Source: Squalus acanthias (taxonomy: Eukaryota). From it: DNA of 64,000 nt. The stretch covers positions 117,368,001 to 117,432,000 of the forward strand of contig CM059431.1 in NCBI GenBank assembly GCA_030390025.1, written 5' to 3'. The notes under the pieces were generated by a model. The model saw only the letters and a list, made by a program, of their open reading frames with translations. It was not told the origin of the DNA and ran no database searches. Every line of letters starts with the position of its first letter. Position 1 is the first letter of the stretch. Below, one piece after another: positions 52,270 through 63,479 of the stretch. Position numbers and translations under genes: made by a program.

Positions 52270-52943
52270 ATTCAGGGCTGCCTTTAAAGAGGAAATAGTT
52301 CGGGTACAGTCAAGGTATATTCCCACGAGGGGGAAAGGTAGGGCAACTAAAGTCAGAGCCCCCTGGATGCTGAAAGAGATAGAGAGTAAGATGAAGCAGA
52401 AAAAGAGCGCGTATGACAGATGTCAGGTCGAGAATACATCTGAGAATCAGCCTGAATATAGAAAGTTCAGAGGAGAAGTGAAAAAGAAAATAAGAGGGGA
52501 AAAAAGAGGGTATGAGAATAGAATGTCAGCTAAAAGGTAATCCAAAAGTCTTCTATAGGCATATAAATAGCAAACGGGTAGTAAGAGGAGGGGTGGGGCT
52601 GATTAGGGACCAAAAAGGAGACCTACGCATGGAGGCAGAGGGTATGACTGAGGTGCTAAATGAGTACTTTGCATCTGTCTTCACAAGGAAGAAGTTGCTG
52701 CCATAGATATAATGAAGGAGGAGGTAGAGGAGATACTGGATGGGATAAAAATTGATAACACAAGAAGATAAGAAATAGGAGCAGGGGTAGGCCATACGGC
52801 CCCTCGAGCCTGCTCCGCCATTCAATAAGATCATGGTTTATCATCCACCTCAATTCCACTTTCCTGCCCGATCTCCATATCCCTTGATTCCCCCAGAGTC
52901 CAAATATCTATCTATCTCAGCCTTGAATATACTGAAAGACTCA
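52270..52943. mobile_element. CR1 internal fragment (+, 52270-52760) abutting a CR1 3' tail (-, 52763-52943)
   Basis: KGNPKVFYRHINSKRVVR..VLNEYFASVFT; tail matches 6395-6570. Confidence 0.85.
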
Positions 52944-52944
52944 G

Positions 52945-53730
52945 GCCGCTAATTTATCGATCGATGCAGCTTGGGAGCAGGTCAGCTGGTTTCCGGGTTC
53001 CAGTCCCGCCCCCAACTTCATCCGGCCCACGGACGTGATTTTACGTCCATTGGCCTTGTTAAGCCTGCCCTATGGGCTTACCGGCCAATTAAGAAGAAGC
53101 CGGTCAGATGACGTCATTTGATGACGCATCATCTGCCGGTTTTCTTAAAGGGACAACGCACATTTTTTCTTTGACAGCTCATTTCTCAGTGTTTGACAAC
53201 ATTGAGGTGCTACAAACACTGACAATGACTGTTCACAGGTGAGTTCTTGCACCCAGGCTCTCCAGAGACTCCCTCCTTAGGCTAGAACAGATGGCAGCTG
53301 CAGGTGAGGTTACAGAAGCGATCTGTCACTGGTGAGAGAGGTTCTGCCAATGAGGTGGGACTAGACATACAATTCAAAACTTGTTACCTACAGAAAAGTC
53401 TAAATGCATTAAAAATGAATGTCCCAATTTCCTTACCTCTGAAACTCACCAGTGCACCATTGGATCCTTCACACCACTTCTGCAGCTGTCATCAATGCAG
53501 AAACATTACAGCAGACTCACAACACACCACACTTACCTGGCGTGGTGTCCGGACATCGGGAAGCCCGAAGTAGAAGTGTCAAAATTTCAAAAGAGCCTGT
53601 TAACTGCCTGTTAACAATCTTTAACAAGCAGTTAAGTGGCTATAATCCTCTTCCCGCCACTAGGTGTCGGGTACATGCGCAAATTGGGGACCCGACACTT
53701 GGGAAGATTGATTGGAGGTGGGTTGACAGT
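52945..53730. mobile_element. Deleted Harbinger derivative related to 42509-44236 (reverse), followed by a CR1 tail 53730-53830
   Basis: 53085-53150 is the reverse complement of 44038-44105; Myb remnant APRLSRDSL. Confidence 0.75.
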
Positions 53731-53945
53731 GGGGGAGTGGGACTAGCTGAAGTGCTCTTGCAGAGAGCTGGCACGGGCTCAACAGGCTGAATGGCCCCCT
53801 ACTGTGCTGTAACCATTCTATGATTCTATTTATTTATCCCTCCTATTAAAAGGAGTTTCTTGTCCTTGTTTTACAGGTCTCTAATCCATAGAGGGAAATG
53901 AACCTTCAACACACACTTGAAGGTGGTTTATGCTTTTATTTTCAG

Positions 53946-54086
53946 ATGACTGTCCCCAACTTTTTACAAGCAGTTTCATAACACGGTCCATTGACTTATT
54001 GCACCAGCTCCTGAAGGCCATCATACTGCAAGCAGCGATGGATTTGCCTATTTCTTTCTGTGAATTTAAGCATGCTTTGCCTGAAG
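53946..54086 (+). other. Candidate exon of unknown gene (141 nt, phase 1-1)
   Basis: TTTTATTTTCAG acceptor, GAAG|GTAAGT donor, one open frame xDCPQLFTSSFITRSIDLLHQLLKAIILQAAMDLPISFCEFKHALPE; no recognised homology. Confidence 0.35.
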
Positions 54087-55934
54087 GTAAGTTTTTTGTG
54101 ACATTTTAACGGCATCTGCCCTGCTGGTGCCATCATAAGATCTTGATGATTGATTATTTAATATTTCTATCATTGTGCTTTTATTGATTCTGGAGATTAT
54201 TTTTTCATTCTTCATAAATGGGGCACAGTCCATTACCTGTGCCATTGCCATGCTTGTCTAGTCCAAGTTGAAAATACTCCTCTCTTGAGAATTAATTCAA
54301 CTGGCTGTAATAGAACATATTTTCAGTAGAGCATAGGACATTGAATGTGTGAGACTTCACTCATCATCTGACTACCTGCACACTACACACACGTATTTAA
54401 AAACTGAGCATAGCTATTAGCTTTTGTTAAAGGGGAAACAGTCTTTACCCTTCCTCTACCACTTTTATCACTTTCAATAACACTGGTTATTGCCTAGTGG
54501 AAAACTTAAACCTAATTTGGATTCCTGTATTTACAACAATGGTGGCTAGCTCTATTAGATGGGATTTCCTTTTATAGGATGTTTTCAATAGTATTGTTTA
54601 ACCCTAATGACAGGTGGAACTGGTTGTGTCAAGAGCCAATCTCAATTACTTACAATTAGACATTACTTATGACTCCCTCCTGAGGTAGATTCTATTATCA
54701 TTTAAACCAAGTGGTTGAAACCTTTCCTGCTAATAATTTGAGTGAAAATATCTGTATGAGTACAAACCAGGAAATCACAGGAATTACTTTCATCTGGTGT
54801 GCGCCTCAGAAACACTCGGATTTCCATCCCAGCATCATCCTGGTGAAACAATGTTGTATGCTCTCTATGGCTTTGATGTTCTTTCTAGAATGAGGGGCCC
54901 AAAGCTCCTCGCTCTTTGACCAACCCCCACTTCTGTGTCATCAGCAAATGTCGAGATTGTGCTCCCTGTGCCCAACTCCAAATCATCTGTATATTCTGAG
55001 AACAAAAGTGCACCTATTAAGAGAAGAGAAATTGGAATGTGATAAATTATTTGTGAATTTTTATTTTGTTAATAGCGCATTGTTGCCTTCCTTTTTGATT
55101 GTGGATTCTGCCTGTAGTCTTTAGCTACCTAAACTTCAGAAGTAATACTTGCTTAAATTGAAGTTTAGCATTGCAACAAGCCTCGCTCCTGTTTGGTTTT
55201 CTTGGTGCTGTTGCTGCTCACCGATATTTTGTGCGACCAAACATTGTGGCTGGTTATTTATTGTGTAAAGCACATTGCATTCTTCCCTCTACACTATTTA
55301 TATATGTACCATGTATCATATATGAGCTATTAAAAAAAAGTAAGAATTATGGATGCTCAACAATGTGTATTAAGGTTGTAATTTACTCTAGCAGTTCAGA
55401 TAATATCATGAACTGCAAGAGAATCCAAGTGATTTACAGATATTATATAAGCCACAAAATCAAATTACTTCCTTATACTCACTCCCCATCATCTATAATT
55501 TATTTGTAACATAAGCATTAGTTGCAACAAAATTAAAAGAATGAAATGTAGACTAAATTTTGATTGTAGATGGCTATTGCCACATGACTCATAGGAAGAT
55601 ATCAAAAGAGAATTATTTGGCAGAATCTTGAAGAAATTTAAAGCATGGGGAATTAAATTGCTGCTGTGGATGACTTAAGTGAAAAAAGTTAATCGGAGCA
55701 CAAGTTGCGAGGGATGATTTTTCATTACCCCTGGGGGAGTTCACCTGACATGAATAACCATCATTGCTTCCAGAGGATAGGCCAGCAGCCAGATGGCCTC
55801 CAGCCTCAATCCTCAGTTTTCTTCTGCGACTGAAAGATAAGACATGTGCCTGCTGCAAGGTGCTAGCAGGAAGCACCCAAGCCCCGCTCAGATCAAAGGA
55901 TCTGAATGAGTCTGAGCAGAAAACCTAACACCCA

Positions 55935-56226
55935 ACTTCCTTGAGGGGCCGTGGGGAGCGCTCTCGCTGTTCCTGGCCCACAAGGAGTGCGATAAGAGGC
56001 ACTTACCTTCTGGAGCCGGAGTTCCCGCCTCCCTTTTGCTGGCGGGTTTCCCGAGTCTTGGGAAACCTGCGTGGCAGCTGTCAAGTTTAAATCAGGCTCC
56101 CAATTGCACTGTGGGAGCCTGATTTAAATATGTTAATTGTGTCCTGCCTCTCCAAGACCAGACACTCGCACAGTACGCTACCCACAGCCATAAAAATAGC
56201 AGCAGGCAGGTTGGGAACCCATTTTT
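55935..56226. repeat. ~290-bp MITE segment duplicated at 57220-57512 (direct orientation)
   Basis: Near-identical sequence including a 17-bp perfect hairpin stem. Confidence 0.9.
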
Positions 56227-56265
56227 GCAGAACACTTCTCCAAATGGACAAGAACATGCAATAAG

Positions 56266-56562
56266 TAGGTCAGGCAGCATCTGTGGAGAGAGAAACAGAG
56301 TTAACATTGCAGGTCGATGACCCTTCGTCAGAACTGGAAAAAGCTGGAGCTGGAACAGGTTTTTAAGCAAGTGTTGGGGCAGGGAAAGTGGGGAGGGGAG
56401 GAAAGAACAAAAGGGAAGTTCTGTGATAGGATGGAAGGCAGGAGAGATTAAGAGACAAAAGGGATGATGGTGCAAGGTAAAAGGAGATGATAATGGGACA
56501 AGCTAAGAAGTATTTTCTGTTTTTATTTTAGATTTCCAGCATCTGCAGTATTTTGCTTTTGT
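56266..56562. mobile_element. PLE family 2 pLTR with inversion (body -, 3' tail +)
   Basis: 16-bp TSD AAGAACATGCAATAAG / AAGAACATGTAATAGG; decayed hammerhead at ~56299-56335 (-). Confidence 0.85.
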
Positions 56563-56689
56563 AAGAACATGTAATAGGAGGGTTTACAACGTCCCTCTTG
56601 CCTCATTTGCATAAAATGACCCTGCTTACATCTAACTATTCCGTCCCCATTGGGGGAAACCCCAGGGCAACATAAAGCGAGTAGAGAAC

Positions 56690-56898
56690 CGACATTATGG
56701 CCCCGTTGCCTTCATCGTCGCTGGGTCAAATTCCTGGAACTCCCTCCCTAACAGCACTGTAGGAGTACCTTCACCACACGGACTGCAGCGGTTCAAGAAG
56801 GTGGCTCACCACCAACCTTCTCAGTGGCAATTAGGGATGGGCAATAAATTGCGGCCTTGCCAGCGATGCCCACATCCTGTGAATGAATTTTTAAAAAA
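56690..56898 (+). mobile_element. 3' end of the CR1-group LINE subfamily seen at 33175
   Basis: Reverse complement of 33180-33365. Confidence 0.85.
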
Positions 56899-56929
56899 TT
56901 TACGGGGAGGTGGGGAAGGAGTGGGGGAG

Positions 56930-57576
56930 GCCTAAAGCTGCCGAAGAACTTAATGAAGAACTGAATTTAACGGCAGGACCTCATTATCATTTTTAAAATT
57001 CCGTTTCTTGTCCGGCAGCTGGCCAAATTGACAGGCTGGCCAGTTGCCGGGTGGGAAAACCAGCGGCAGGAGGCCGCAGCCGGGGATCCTTGGGGACAGT
57101 CCCCAACAATCGGATTGTGAGACAGACTGCAGATCGAGGCTGGGGGGTGGGGGTGGGTGGAGTTTGCGATCGTGGGATGGACTAGACAGATGCTACGATC
57201 AGCAGAAGGGAGGCCGAAGACTTCCTTGAGGGGCCGTGGGGAGCGCTCTCGCTGTTCCTGGCCCACAAGGAGTGAAATAAGAGGCACTTACGTTCTGGAG
57301 CAGGCAGCTCCCGCCTCCCTTTTGCTGTCGGGTTTCCCGAGTCTTGGAAAACCTGCGTGGCAGCTGTCAAATTTAAATCAGGCTCCCAATTGCACTGTGG
57401 GAGCCTGATTTAAATATGTTAATTGTCTCCTGCCTCTCCAAGACCGGACACTCGCACAGTACGCTACCCGCAGCCATATAAATAGCAGCAGGCGGGTTGG
57501 GAACCCATTTTTTTAGGATTTAACTCTCCCGACCTGCTCCCGCTCATTGTAGGAGGAGGGTTTAATATCGAGGCCA
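56930..57576. mobile_element. GC-rich Harbinger-type MITE
   Basis: Right end TTAATATCGAGGCC; shares motifs with 59194-60487. Confidence 0.65.
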
Positions 57577-57664
57577 ATGGATCTCTGCCCCCTTTTTTAA
57601 TATACATTGCATCCAGGAACATCTAGAGATACTAGGACTATTTTCACTGGAGCAGAAAAGGCTA

Positions 57665-58871
57665 TGTAGAATTCGCAAATTATCGCGATTTAAAAATAAT
57701 GAGAAAGAGACATACAGTTTCGTAAACACAGCTTTATTTCAGCAAAATGCTGTCAGGTTTCAAAACGGACACAAGCAGCCTGTAAAATGGCCGCCACGCC
57801 TCGTGGCAGAAGTTTCTAGACTTTTCAGCAGGCAGACAAGATGGCGTTTCAATAAACATTTCAGCAAGATCGGACAGGACTCAGCATATTGAGATGAGAC
57901 AAGACGAGATCGTTTTGCATTTTAAACACCCAAACAAGGAATATAAGTGCTGGAATCAGGTTTTCCATGCGCAAATAAGAGCTATTGTACTGGACAATTA
58001 AGGGCCCATCCAAAAGACATTGATACGCAAATTCCCCACGGCTCTACGATGAGAGAGCCGTTCGCGGGTACTCACAGCAAGCCGGTTCCACAAGGGGAGA
58101 AATATTAACGGGTACTCAGACAGTTACAAGTGTCACCGAAACCCATTAACGACAAGTACCACCCCATACAAGAAGTTTGAGCGCCAAAACATGACAAAAG
58201 ATGAACATTAAGATTGGGCGGGAGATAATGAATTACAGTACTATAACTGTAGTGTCCAAACGTCCATCTTTCTCTTATTCGCGCTCTTATTCGCTCGACT
58301 CTTATTCCTTTGACTCGCTAGAGAACTCTTGACTCTTATTCTCTGACCCGCTGATTTTTCCGGGAGTCAACCTCGTGGCTTGCCGCGAAGATCTGTGGAG
58401 AGCTGGTCTGCGAAGGCCAGTAATCGGGCGCACCATCCCGAGAAGTCGGTAAACGATGTTGGAACCGAAGGCCCGAGAGGAGATGAGATGAGATGAGATG
58501 AGATGAGAAGAGAAGAAGACAACTACACGTGCCGCCGCGGTCAGTAAACCCCGACTGCGCCCGAAAATCAATTAACCACTTCTTCGAATTCTATCGGCTA
58601 CTCCACAACTGGCCCTGGAAGACCTTTCTTCGAGTTCTACCGACAACCGGTGTAGGGCACAGGAAGACTCTTTTTCGAGTGGTATCCGAACTCCGAGGTC
58701 AACACAGATCTTCATGACAGCAGACGGTCCAGCCTGCTAGCCGGAGCAAAGCGAGTAAATAAGAGGGGTACAGGGACCCCTGATCAACACGTGAATAGTC
58801 AGGTGTTGCCGAGCAGCGTTTCGGAATTCTCCGAGTTATCACGAGTGGTGAGCATGAGTCTCGATCCTACA
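57665..58871. mobile_element. Probable solo LTR (~1.2 kb) inserted in an old CR1 fragment (57625-57664, 58872-59190)
   Basis: Termini TGTAGAATTCG / rc TGTAGGATCGA (TG..CA); CpG-rich; (GAGAT)n at ~58480-58506; CR1 LGLFSLEQKRL on the left resumes on the right; no clear TSD. Confidence 0.6.
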
Positions 58872-59193
58872 GATCTAGATTAGGACAGGTATTGATAGGG
58901 GAGGGTTTATGTTTTAAGGAAAGACTATTTCCTCTGGTTAGGGAGCCAGTGACGCGAGCTCGTACATTTAAAGTTGTCTTCAAGAAAGTAAAGCGAGACA
59001 TTCGGGAAAATTTCTTCATGCAAAGTGTTTTTGAAGCATGGAATATTTTGCCTCAGGAAATGGTTGAAGCAGAAATAATTTTTCATTTGAACATTTTTCA
59101 AGGCAAAGGAGAGGAAAATACAGGGCTGTGGGAGGGTGTAGGGTAATGAGATTAGTTTTGGATTGCTCGAGCAAAGAGCCAGGAGAAACATGG

Positions 59194-60487
59194 TGGCTGG
59201 ACTTTTAATTTGGAGTGTAGTGGGCAAGCGGATGGGAAACCAGGGAGAATGGGATTCCCGCAGGCCCTGCTGAATTTAATGGCAGGGCCTGATTAGCATT
59301 TCAAAGCACTGTTTCCCAGCCGCAGCCAACTAGATGGTGAGGCTGGCTGGCTGTCGGGTGGATAACCTGCAGCACTAGGCCGCAGAGAGGAGGGGTGGGG
59401 GGGCGTCAGCAGGGGGGTGGGGGGGGTGGTGGTCAGGGGCTGGAGAAGGATTGCTGCCAGAGGATTGGGGCCGGAGGAGGATCGGGGGGCTGGGGCGTTG
59501 GTCAGGGGCCAGAGGAGGATCAGGGCTGGAGGAGGAGTGGAGCCACGGGATCGGGGGTGGGGAAGGATCGAGGGAGGTGGTTAGGGGCTGGAGGAGGATC
59601 GGGACTGGAGGAGGATCGGGACTGGAGGAGGATCGGGACTGGAGGGGCATTGGGGCTGGAGGAGGATTGGGGCTGGAGGGGGATCGGGACTGGAGGAGGA
59701 TCGGGACTGGAGGGGGATCGGGGCTGGAGGAGGATCGGGGAGGGGTGGGGGCGCGCGTACTTGGGAGCCGGAGGAAGATCGGGGCCGGTGGAGGATCATG
59801 GGAGGTAGTCAGGGGCCGGAGGAGGATCGGGGATGGAGAAGGAGCGGGGGAGGTAGTCAGGGGCCGGAGGAGGATCGGGGGTGGAGAAGGAGCGGGTTAG
59901 GTAGTCAGGGATTGGAGGAGGATCAAGGGTGGGTGGTCAGGGTCAGAGGAGGATCGGACCTGGAAGAGGATCTGGGCTGGAGGGGCTAGAGGTCAGAAAA
60001 CCAGGAAGGTGATCGGGGGCTAGAGTGGGGAGGTAGGAAGGCCAGAGGTGGGATTGGATGCCTCGGTGGGGAGGTCGGAGGCCTCTTGGGGGGAGATCGG
60101 AAGGGTCGGGGGGGGTGGTGTATGATCTCGGGGGTTGAATGAGGCAGGAACGCTGGATCCACCAGGTAAGTGGAAAGGTACTTACCTCCTGGATCCAGCA
60201 GTCCTCGCCTTCCTTTAGCTGGCAGGTCCCCCCAGGCCAGAGTAACCCGCCTGCCCACAGTTAAAATTGAAATGGTGGAGCACCATGAGACACGTCAGCC
60301 TCATTATAATATTTAAATGGCCGACCCACGTCCTGGGAGCGGGTTGGCTCCCCGCACCCCTGCCCGCCTCCGTTAAAAGCAGAAGTGGATGGGTTGGAGG
60401 CAGTTTGGTGTCGGGATTCAGTTTTTTAAAATCTGTAACCAACCACTCAACCCCAAACCACCTGGTTTTTGGGTTAAAATTCCACCC
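59194..60487. mobile_element. Harbinger-type MITE expanded by a G-rich minisatellite
   Basis: Termini GGCTGGACTTTTAA / TTAAAATTCCACCC. Confidence 0.7.
59450..59990 (+). repeat. 17-bp G-rich minisatellite (GGAGGAGGATCGGGACT) with a longer ~46-bp variant unit at 59800-59900
   Basis: Tandem copies visible directly at 59590-59740. Confidence 0.9.
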
Positions 60488-61839
60488 GAAGGGTCAATGG
60501 TCTTCCGTGCTTTAAACTTCTATTATTTTTTATCCTTTGCATTACTAATAAACATTCACACGAATACAGCTGATGAGATACCCACATTTGCAATTGAAAA
60601 ATATAACAGGAGTTTGGCTGGATTTTCCTTTGAAATGCCTCCTGCCTTCAAGTGGTTTTGAGGTGCAGAAAAGATTAAAATCTAGTGGAGTGGCTTATTT
60701 CTGCAATACCACCCCAAGAAATGGCAATTACCATTCTTCACTCATCTTTAAAGCCACCAGTAACAAATAACCACTCGCCTAAACTTGCCCCGATGCATGT
60801 AAATGAGTCGGACAGAAGTGACCATGCTTTTCCTGCTATTTTCCACAATTAGCATCCCTAACCTGCCACTATATGAGTGCCAGTATCAGCAGCACAGTGG
60901 TATCCCCAAGGCGGAAACTGCATCGAGGAGATCTTGTCAGATGAACTTAACTTTTCCGAAATAGTGATTGTTGTTATTTTGTGCTCTGGAGATTCACTGA
61001 GGGGTTTTCTGACATTAAAGTGAGCAATGGAACTAAGTAAACTAACTAAATGGGTATAATATTGGCATCTGAAAGTTAATATAGATAAGTATACGTTATT
61101 GCACACTGGAACAAAAAATACACAGCCCACATTACCTTGGTTATTCGCTGGCAATAGCTCTGGCGGGAATCAAGCAGAATAGCTCGGAGAAAAACTACGC
61201 CAGGTCTTGATCCGTGTTGAGGTTTCCTGCTTGGTTTTAGAAGAGGTGGAGCCTCTACCTGCTCCCTACAAGACCAAATGACTCTGATGGTGCAGGCTGG
61301 GGTTGAGGTTTTTCCAACCCTCGGACTTCCTGCTTCCCTCGAGTGTGTGCCCAGTGAGATTCCGGAGGGGTGAGAATGGGCCCCACTGGAGGAGGTCTAG
61401 GTTAGGGAAGTGGCCTGGTCCCTTGAATATGAGGATTTTTTTTTGCAATGTTAGGATCAGCCCTTGTACATAGGAGGCTCAGGAGCGGGGAAGTCAATGG
61501 GCTCTCCGATAGCGGCCAGATTTGAAGTTTCCAGCAGCATGAGGCAGGCGGGTGCTGGAGATGTGCCTGCAGTGGCATGGGTGACCACCAGCCCATGCAA
61601 ATGAGGGGTCCTCCCACTGACCCCGCAAACTCCGCAGGAATCAGCACTGGAGGGCACTAACAGGTGCAATCCTGCTGTTATTGTCAGTATCGCAGCCTGC
61701 ACATTTTTCAGGCCACATAGTCCATGAATGACTGTAAAAACTAGTCACAACTCGAGACTCAGAGCTCACTTGCTGAAGAGAGAAAGTCGGTTCTCGGAAG
61801 AATTTGTTTTGTGGTTTGATGTTCTATTTGCTGTATTTT

Positions 61840-63150
61840 GCTCCGTGTAATTGTTGTTTTTGTTGTGGAAAGAAGTCATCATCTGGACAAGATACACAAG
61901 TTTCAACAAGTGGCAGGGTTCCCTCAAGTGCATAAAGGGTACTCCTGTAAGCCTCAGGGGGCTTCAATCAATCCCATGTTCTTCATGAAAAGTAAGAGTT
62001 TGCACTCAATTAATCATCAGGTGATATCTGACCATGGAAGCATCATCTTGCACATCTGTGGCTGTTGTATAGGAACTAGCCAAGATGCCTTCATTGTACA
62101 GCATTCCACAGTTCCCACATTTTTAAAGGATGTCCAACATCCAATACTGGATGAGCAGAAATTTCCTCCAGCTAAATATTGAGAAGTCCAATGTAATTGT
62201 CCTCAGTCCCCGCCACAAACTCCGTTCCCTAGCCATCGACTCCATCTCTCCTGGCAACTGTTTGAGACCGTTCGCAACCTTGACCCCGAAATGAGCTTCC
62301 GATCACATATCCGCTCCATCACCAAGACCACCTACTTCCACCTCCGCTCCTGCCTCAGCTCATCTGCTGCTGAAACCCTCATCCATGCCTTTGTTACCTC
62401 TAGACTTGACTATTCCAATGCTCTCCTAGCCGGCCTCCCATCTTCCACCCTACATAAACTTGAGCTCATCCAAAATTCTGCTGCAATATTCTAACTCGCA
62501 CCAAGTACAGTTCACCCATCACCTCTTGGCTGACCTACATTGGTTTCCGGGCCGGCAATGCCTCGATTTAAAAATTCTCATCCTTGTCTTCAAATCTCTC
62601 CTTGACCTTGCCTCTTCTTATATCTGTAACCTCCTCAGCCTACAACCCTCCGAGATCTCTGTGCTCCTCCAATTCTGGCTTCTTGCGCATCCCCAATTTT
62701 AATCGCTCCACCATTGGCGGCCGTGCCTTTAGCTGCCTCGGCCCGAAGCTCTGGAATTCCCTCCCTAAACCTCTCTGCCTCACTACCCCTCTCTCCTCCT
62801 TCAAGATGCTCCTCTTCTGTCCTAATACCACCTTATGTGGCTCGGTGTGAAGTGCCTTTCAACATTTCACTAGGTTAAAGGCGCTGCATAAATGCAAGTT
62901 GTTGTTGTTATTGTTGTTATTACTAGGTAGATGGCTTTGAGATGAAAAAGGCTATCCTCCGCATCCGTGGCTCTTCCTTAGACAGCGAAACCCCAGACAG
63001 CAGGGGAGCATCCTGCCCTGGATGCCTCAGCATCTGTTTGCTATTCCTCAGCTGCTACCACCACCTGCTTTGGCGCAGTGAAAGAGTATGTACAAAAGGG
63101 CAATGGTTGGTTGCAGTGCTTCTAATAGTACCTCCCAGAGGGTAAAGCAG
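61840..63150 (+). mobile_element. Harbinger transposase remnant split by an L2 insertion
   Basis: FQQVAGFPQVH..FFMKSKSLHSINHQVISDH..GTSQDAFIVQHS (61838-62182); DEKGYPPHPWL at 62941. Confidence 0.7.
62185..62920 (+). mobile_element. L2 LINE 3' fragment
   Basis: AETLIHAFVTSRLDYSNALLAGLP..LHWFP; GGRAFSCLGPKLWNSLP; tail AAAGGCGCTGCATAAATGCAAG(TTG)n. Confidence 0.9.
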
Positions 63151-63479
63151 TTTCTAACCTAATGTTTGTGACATGCTAGCTGGGCCCTACAAGAAATTTG
63201 AGCAAAATTGAGGGAAACAATTATCTACAACATCTTCTTGATACTGGTAAACTTCTTCCTCAAGGGAGCTGGATAACTGCATTGACGTGGTTGATAACTT
63301 GCCTCCATGCAGCTGGTGTCTGTGTTTTTATTGAGTGAGTCCACTAACCCTAAATAGGACCACCCTCTTTTGCTGTACCTCCTGCAGGAGGACTTCCAAC
63401 TTTGGCATCCATCAAAGTGAACAATGATAGTGACATGTCTCTGTTGTGCCATTGTAAAGAATGAATCAATGGAAATCCA

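Noticed and set aside
59375..59989. Gly/Arg/Pro-rich ORFs
   Set aside because: Translations of the 17-bp minisatellite
59450..59990. CRISPR-like array
   Set aside because: Tandem units without unique spacers; eukaryotic context and no cas genes
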